Assembly (NCBI GenBank): GCA_000004695.1
Contig: CM000155.2
Location: 2,912,001 to 2,976,000, forward strand
Direction of reading: 5' to 3'
Source: Dictyostelium discoideum
Taxonomy: Eukaryota
Length of the DNA: 64,000 nucleotides
Shown: in pieces, positions 53,755 through 64,000 of the stretch
Position numbering within the stretch: the first letter of the stretch is position 1
Layout: every line of letters begins with the position of its first letter
Notes under the pieces: generated by a model
The model's database searches: none
The model's input: the letters and a program-made list of their open reading frames with translations, nothing else
Told to the model about the DNA's origin: nothing
Program-made: the position numbers and the translations under genes

Positions 53755-53852
53755 ATAATATTAAAATAATATGAAATAAATAAAAATAATAATAATAATG
53801 ATAATGATAATAATTGAATCCAGTTTTTAGTTGTTTGGTAATTATTTGTTTT

Positions 53853-54947
53853 TTATTCATCTTTTGATTTGTTTTTTTCTTTTTTATCTTTTTTTACTTT
53901 CTTTTTATCATCTTTAGAGGATGATTCACTCTTTTCTTTTTTATCCTTTTTATCTTTTTTATCTTTCTTTTCTACTTTTTCTTCATTATCTTTTGAAGAT
54001 TTACTCTTTTTCTTTTCTTTTTTATCTTTTTTTACTTTCTTTTCATCATCATCATCATTGTCATCGTCATCTGAATTTGATTTTCTTTTTTCTTTTTTAT
54101 CTTTTTTTTCTTTCTTTTCTTTCTTTTCTTTTTTATCTTTATTATCTTTTTTAACATGTTCCATTTCATTTTGATCATTATCTTTATAATTAATATTTTC
54201 ATTTTCATTTTCTAATCTTTGTTTTTTAGTATTTCTTAATTCATCTTTTTCTTCAACTAATTTTCTTTTAAAATCTTCATATTTTTGACCACCATCACCT
54301 TTTAATAATGATGGATCATAACGACCTTCATCTTGAGCTTTTAATCTTTCTAATTTACCAATTGGTGCATATTTTCTAAGAGTTCTACCTTTACATGCTT
54401 CAAATTCTTCTTGAAGTCTTTTAGAAGAATCAAAATTTAATTTTGATTTTAATTTATCATTTTCTCTTTTAATTGATTCTAATCTTTCTGTCTCTTCTTC
54501 TTTATTTCTTTTTTCAGTTTCTTCAATACTTTCTAAAGTTTCACTCTCTAATATAAATGATGATTTCTTAAATTGACCAAATACTAATGTTTTATTTTCT
54601 TCTTCTTTTTTATTTACTTCTTTTGTAATTTCATTCATAATTTTATCTTTTTTATTATTTTTACTTTTAATTCCACCTTTACATGATAAATTATTATCAT
54701 TATCATTATTATTATTGTTTTTGTTTTTATTATTATTAACTTTATCATTTTCATTATCAGTATCATCATCACTTTTTTTACTATTATTTACATCTGATCT
54801 TGATTCAAAAAGTTCATTTTGTTCTTCTGATCCTATTTTTTTATTATCCCAAACTCTATCCCACCAATTATTATCATGTTGAAATCCTGTACTACCAACC
54901 TATAAAATAAATAAAAAAATAAAAAAAAAGAATATTGTTAATAAAAC

Positions 54948-54978
<31 letters not shown>

Positions 54979-55115
54979 AATTTACTTACACCAAATGTAT
55001 TTTTTTTCTTATCAATATGAATTGCTTTTGTTATACCATCTCTATTTTTACCTAAACCATCTCCTCTTTTCCAACCAGTTTTACCCATCCATTCTTCGTA
55101 TTTTGAAAAATCCAT
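53853..55115 (-). CDS. PINX1/Gno1-like G-patch protein. Exons 54990..55115 and 53853..54899 on the minus strand, with a Lys/Asp/Glu-rich C-terminal half.
   Basis: Exon 1 'MDFSKYEEWMGKTGWKRGDGLGKNRDGITKAIHIDKKKNTFG' is a G-patch. Together with exon 2 'VGSTGFQHDNNWWDRVWDN' it aligns with human PINX1 'LEKMGWSKGKGLGAQEQGATDHIKVQVKNNHLGLGATINNEDNWIAHQDDF'. The intron has a GTAAGT donor and a TTTATAG acceptor, phase 0, and runs in frame into the 261-aa ORF. Confidence 0.75.
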
Positions 55116-55907
55116 TTTATTTTTAATATTATAGCAAAATGTTTTAAAAAAAAATTACAAAATATGAAAAGTTTGAAATTATAATTGTGATGGAATAAAT
55201 TTTTTTTTTTTTTTTTGAAAGGGACTTTTGTCGTTTTTTTTTTTTTTGTCGACAAAAATAAATTAAATTATTTTTTTTATTTTTTTTTTTAAACACAAGA
55301 AATTTTGTTAATATGTTTTTTTCTTCAATTATTAAAATTAATTTTAATTAAAAAAAAAAAAAAAATAAATAAATAAATAAAATCCAAGTTTTAAAAATAG
55401 AAAAAAAAAAAAAGAATGATAATAAAAAACCAAAGTTGGTAAATCTTAATTATTTATTCGGATAATTGCTATAAAAAAAAATAATGATATAAAATATGGT
55501 TTAATTAAATAAAAATAAATTTAAAAATAAATATTATTTATTTATTTTTATTTAATTATTTCTTTTGGTAGAAAAAAAAAAAAAGAAAAAAGAAAAAAAA
55601 AAAAAAAAAAAAAAAGAAAAAAAAGAAAAATAAAATTTTAATTAAATTGAATAAAATAATAAAATATATAAATATAATTAAAAAAATTATAGTAATCTTA
55701 CTTTAATATTAATTTCAAAGATTTTTTTTATTTTTATTTTTTTTATTTTTTTTTTTTTTTTCCAACGTTAATCAAAATATTGTATGAGCGCCGCACAAAA
55801 TTTCAAAATTTTTTTTTTTTTTTCTCTCGTGCCTAATTTTTCGTTATTTTCAAAATTGTTTTTTTTTTCTTTTTTCGCGTTTAGTTTTACACAGATACAT
55901 TATCACC

Positions 55908-56721
55908 ATGGCAGGAAAAAAAGGTATGGTGTTATCTCTATCACATTTTATTTTAAATATATCATATATCTTTCAATTCCATCATCAATCTTTATCAATC
56001 ATTGAGTGTTGATAATAAATAAATTATAAAATTTAAATAATAGATAGGAGAGATAGATGATATATACAATTTTATAAAAATGAGAATATAAACTAATATT
56101 TATTATTATTATACTATAATCTGGAACCTATAGTCAAATCTAACACACCAAAACAAGACTTATCTGTCTCTAAATCAAAGCTCACCAGCATTAAAGCCCC
56201 AGCTGCTGCCATCAAAGCTAAAGCTGCCGCTTCTGCTGTCAAAAAGGGTGTCTCAAACAAATCTACCCGTAAGGTCAGAACCTCTGTCATCTTCAGGTAT
56301 GTATAATATTTATAGGGAATAACACAACAGGAAGAAGCAGGTAAAATAAAACAACAGCAAACTAATAGGTTATTTTATATAATTTTATAGACGTCCAGTT
56401 ACTTTAAACAACCCAAAGAAACCAGCTTACCCAAGAAGATCAGTCAACAAAATCACCAAAATGGATCAATTCAGAATCTTAAAAGCACCATTAACCACTG
56501 AATCTGCCACCCAAAAAATCGAAGGTAGCAACACCATCACTTTTATGGTTGATATGTTTGCCAACAAATCACAAGTTGCTGATGCCGTCGCTAAAATGTA
56601 TGATGTCAAAGTCAAGAGAGTTAACACTTTAATTACCCCACGTGGTGAAAAGAAAGCTTTTGTCACTTTATCACCAGAATTCGAAGCTGCTGATGTTGCC
56701 AACAAAATCGGTTTAATCTAA
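55908..56721 (+). CDS. rpl23a: 60S ribosomal protein L23a (uL23), 169 aa. Exons 55908..55923, 56134..56296 and 56391..56721.
   Basis: The spliced product 'MAGKKVKSNTPKQDLS...KKGVSNKSTRKVRTSVIFRRPVTLNNPKKPAYPRRSVNKITKMDQFRILKAPLTTESATQKIEGSNTITFMVDMFANKSQVADAVAKMYDVKVKRVNTLITPRGEKKAFVTLSPEFEAADVANKIGLI' is a textbook uL23 sequence. The introns are GTATGG..TATAG and GTATGT..TATAG. Strong codon bias (acc, ttc, aag, gtc) fits a highly expressed gene. Confidence 0.9.
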
Positions 56722-56919
56722 ACAATTCTCCCTTATATAATAAAAAAAAGCTTTTCAAAAAAAAAAAAAAAAAAAAAAACCATATATTCATGTGTATACA
56801 TATTCACAATATTTAATATTTTTATTTTTCAATATTTTATTGATTACCAATTTGTTTTATTTATTTAATTTTAAAAATTTTATTTATTTATTATTATTTA
56901 ATATTGAAAATTTTATTTA

Positions 56920-58687
56920 TTATTTAATATCTAATGTTAATAACCAATCTTTACAATCTTGTTCGGTTTTAGATGGATTTTCTAATTGCCATTCTAAAAT
57001 TAATTGTATGACAGGAGCCAACCAAGTACCTGGTTTTCTATTTAATAAATCTTGGACTTGTTTACCATTTAATAATCTTTTTATATTCCAAATACCAATT
57101 AAATCATGTTCTTTGATTTCACCTACAAATTTGTGGAAAATAGTGTATTTTTCATTTTCAGGTTTGTCGTATCTACTAAAAAGTGTTTGAAGTTTGTTGG
57201 GTCTATATTGTATTTTAATAAATGAAATAATTATTACAACGATCCAAAGTTGAGCAGATTTATGAATGATTAAACCAATTTCTTTACGATTGAATATACC
57301 AGCTGATACAAATTTAATTATATGTTCCATAAGTTGTTCTGAACATTCCAATATTAATGATACATCATCATAATCTTTATTTGAAAATTTAATATACTCT
57401 ATGAACATGTAATGAATGATCGACATTTCTTTATTCTTTTTATTTGCATTCTTAAATTTGATACCATAAAATGGTATCATTAAAGCAGAGAGAATCAATT
57501 GTCTCTTTGTATCAATCTCTTCATATTGTTTGCCCATCCCAATCCAAGAGTCTGCAATTTCACAATATTTTTCCGAATCTTTATTGGAATTCTTTAATTG
57601 TTCAATATAGGTTTCATCTAAACCAACAGTTGGTAAACTAAATAAACAATCAAATAAACCAAACTTATTGATTAATTCAATCGATAAATATGGTTCCTCT
57701 GCTGATAACATTCCATCAAATTCTTTTGCAATTCTTTCATGGGAAATCTTTGATTTAATTGCATCCTTTACAACTGGATCACTACCTGCTTTAAATAATT
57801 CTTCATCAATCTTAAAATTTAATCTACTTGCGAACCTAATCGATCTAAATACTCTTAGAGGATCATCTAAAAATGTTGTCAATGATGGTAATGGTGTTCT
57901 AATTATGCCATCCCTTAAATCATTAATACCTTGTCCTGTAAAATCTTCAATTCTATTCTCATTAATATTAAAAAATAATGAATTAATTGTTAAATCTCTT
58001 CTTAATGCATCTTGAAGTGGTGTACCAATTGACTTTTTTTTTTTTTTTTTAAATTAAAAAAAAATTAGTAAACTCTATTTTTTTTTTTTTTTAAAATTTA
58101 AATACTAATAATAATAAACTTACGATTACAGGTATTCTTGAAGTATCAGTATAACTTTCAGAACGTAAATTTACAAAATCAATCCACATATCAAATACTT
58201 TTACAGTCGCAGTTTCTAAATGTTTTGATTGTTCAGGATTTGATTGAATTACACCAATACGATGAGTTTGGTGATGTTTACTTGAGAGATGCTTATTTAC
58301 TAATTCTGCAAATGCTTCACCCATCATATTATCTAAGGTGATATCGATATCATTTGAATCATCGCCTCTTAATTTATCACGTACCCAACCACCTGCAACG
58401 CGTAGTGTTGTGCCACAACCACTATCTCGAATTACATGCATTAACTCTTTAAATAATTGGATTTCGCATTCTGTTAATCTAATATCCACCGATTCTGATT
58501 CTCTTTCATTTGAATAGTAAATTGAAACTTTAATATTTTCATGTGGTTGGTCTTTTTTTAAACTTGTTGGAGTTGATGTTTGCATTGGTGATAATTTCTC
58601 TTTTTCATTATTTGTTTGTTTATGAAAATATAATCTATCATAACCATCTTGACTTTTCTCTATCTTTGAAATTGGACGAGTATACAT
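56920..58687 (-). CDS. CCA-adding tRNA nucleotidyltransferase (TRNT1/Cca1-like), about 558 aa. Exons 58124..58687 and 56920..58032 on the minus strand, with an N-terminal extension of about 60 aa.
   Basis: Head-domain motif 'RVAGGWVRDKLRGDDSNDIDITL' (GGxVRD...DxD). After the intron comes 'GTPLQDALRRDLTINSLFFNI...EDFTGQGINDLRDGIIRTP' (the RRD motif of class II nucleotidyltransferases). The donor is ATC|gtaagt and the acceptor ...aaag|TCA, phase 0. It reads in frame into the 320-aa ORF. Confidence 0.85.
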
Positions 58688-60338
58688 CCTTTATTTAATT
58701 CTTCTTCTTTTTATTTCTATTTTTTTTTTTTTTTTTTATATAAATAAAATTTTTCATGAATAATAAAAAAAAAACTTTTTTTTTTTTTGAGATATTTTTT
58801 TTTTTTTTTTTTTTTTAAAAAAAAAATTTCTGGTATTTTTAATTGATTTTTTACTATTCCTTGTTTTTTTATCTAAATTTTAGTTACCAAAAATAATAGA
58901 AATAATAATTAAAATTTCCCAATGGATTTGAATCTAAAAAATTAAAAATGAAAAAAAAAAAAAATAATAAAAAAAATAAAAAATAAAACAAAATTTTTTA
59001 AATAGAATTTTTAAAGAAAAATAAAATAATTTTTTAAAAAAAAAAAAAAAAAAAACTATAATTCCAAAACAGAATTAGATGAACATGCTAGAATAATTAT
59101 TTTTATTTTTTATACTTGGATAATTTTTAATCCAACGAGAGCTAATAAATAAAATCCAAATCATTTTTAATTTATTTATATATTTGTTATTATTTTTTTT
59201 TTTTTTTCAATTTTTTTTTTTTTTTTTCACCATCGCTCAAATTTAAAATTTATTATTTATTATTTATTATTTTTTTATTATAGATTTAGTACATTAAATT
59301 CACAAGATAAATTATTAAGATATAATAGAGAATCAGATTATATTGCAAAACAATGTCAAGAATTAATTAAAGCAACCTTTGTTCAAACCATTACCAACAC
59401 CTTTGAATTGTAAGAATAAACCTGGAATCATTTCTTCTTCTGATTTTTGATTATCATCTGCTTCACCATTTTTTCTATCTGCTTCTTTTTCAGCTTTTCT
59501 CTTTTTATCAACCTTCTTTGACCTCAAAAAAATTAATATGACGCCCGCAGGAAAAGTCAAAATTTTGACTTTTTCCCAAGACAAAACAATAAACAAAATA
59601 ATTAAGGAATTTGCAACAGAGTGCTTTAACGTTATAATTTGAAAAAAAAAAAAAAAATAAAAAATAAAAAAAAAAAAAAAATGAAAAAAGCTTTTTTTTA
59701 TTTTCATTTCTCAAAATAAGGTTTATTTAGACTAAATTATTATTACTATTTAAATTAAAATAAATTCGTGAAGTAGCTATTTTTATAAATTTATTTATTA
59801 GGTTTTTTTTTTTTTTAACAATTTAAAATAAAGTATTGTCTAGTTGAACTTTCTAGTTGAACTTTCAGAAAGTTCTTTTTGTTCCTTTTCCAACTTTCTA
59901 CGATGATTTTCTTAACTAATCTTAATTTTTCTTTGTTGATTTTATTCACTGCCTTTCTCTTTTGGTTTGTTGATATTGGTTACAGGAGCTACAAATAATT
60001 TTACCCTTTACGGGTGAACGATTCTCGCATTTAATACAATCTCCCTGAAAATAATAAATATTGGATATCTTTCAAATCAACTTCCAAAAAAATAAAAAAA
60101 TATAAAAACAAAAAAAAAAAAGAAAAATGATTTAAATTTACCTCTAAAAAAAGTTTTTTTTTGAATTTTTTATTTAATTTTTATTTTTTTTTTTTAATTT
60201 TCAATTTTTTTTTTTTTTATTTTTTTTTTATTTTATTTTTTTCTATAATCCAAATTATCACTTCCTATTTATATTATTTTTATAATATATTCATTGATAC
60301 ATATTTTTTAATTTTTTTTTTTTTTCTTTTACTTTTAA

Positions 60339-60386
<48 letters not shown>

Positions 60387-60529
60387 GAAAAAAAAAAACA
60401 TTAATAAAACTTAATAACAATAAATAGTTTACAGATATTTTAAATATTATATATATACATATATGCAAAATTTTTAAATTGTATCAATATTTTGATAAAT
60501 ACAAATAAAAGTTTTATAGAAGATTAGAA

Positions 60530-63733
<3,204 letters not shown>

Positions 63734-63895
63734 AAAAATAAAAAATAAAAAAATAAATAATTTATCAAAAAAAAAAAAAAAAAAAAAAATCAAGCGAAAT
63801 CAAAACACCACATTTTGTTTTTACCAAAAAAAAAAAAAAATCTATCGAGATTAATCACCATTTTCATTTAAATTTCAAAAATATCTTATTTTTTG

Positions 63896-63933
<38 letters not shown>

Positions 63934-64000
63934 AAATAATAAAAAAATAATTAAAAAAAAATTGAAAATAAAAAAAAAAGCAGCAAACAACCATTTGCTT

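Overview
This window is eukaryotic nuclear DNA and looks like Dictyostelium discoideum. It is roughly 75-80% A+T, coding islands are bounded by poly(A/T) runs, and introns are short with GTAAGT...AG boundaries. Proteins are full of (AAT)n/(CAA)n poly-Asn/Gln tracts, non-LTR retrotransposons sit next to tRNA genes, and extra B boxes lie downstream of the tRNA genes. It is not a prokaryotic locus, so there are no operons or CRISPR arrays; I annotated eukaryotic gene models by hand, with splicing.

Protein-coding genes, left to right:
- the 3' two-thirds of a full-size ABCG/PDR-type ABC transporter, followed by decayed partial copies of the same gene and a thrice-repeated 3'-flank unit
- a secreted purple-acid-phosphatase-like metallophosphoesterase
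- a UTP4/cirhin WD-repeat gene whose third intron is about 4.5 kb and carries a complete antisense ELM2+SANT-domain gene, plus a (TA)n repeat and an assembly gap
- a very large JmjC-like zinc-finger protein built largely of homopolymer and dipeptide repeats
- a FANCI homologue, a Cx9C (NDUFS5-like) small protein, a GH25 (Entamoeba-type) lysozyme, VPS52, p47/NSFL1C (UBA-SEP-UBX), a PINX1-like G-patch protein, ribosomal protein L23a, a CCA-adding tRNA nucleotidyltransferase and a Ulp/SENP SUMO protease
- several hypothetical low-complexity proteins

Mobile elements and tRNAs:
- Two non-LTR TRE-type retrotransposon segments are each cut by an N-gap and each lies downstream of a tRNA gene, the TRE3-like position.
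- The tRNA genes are tRNA-Ile(AAU) and tRNA-Lys(CUU); tRNA-Lys is present twice.

Main structural observation: a segment of about 2.4-3.0 kb (lysozyme last exon through tRNA-Lys and flank) appears twice around an N-gap. Only the first copy carries a 620-bp rearranged TRE-fragment insertion bordered by an inverted copy of the target site.

Assembly quality: there are six 100-102-N gaps. At least two stretches have read-end-like G/C homopolymer noise and should be treated as low-quality sequence.
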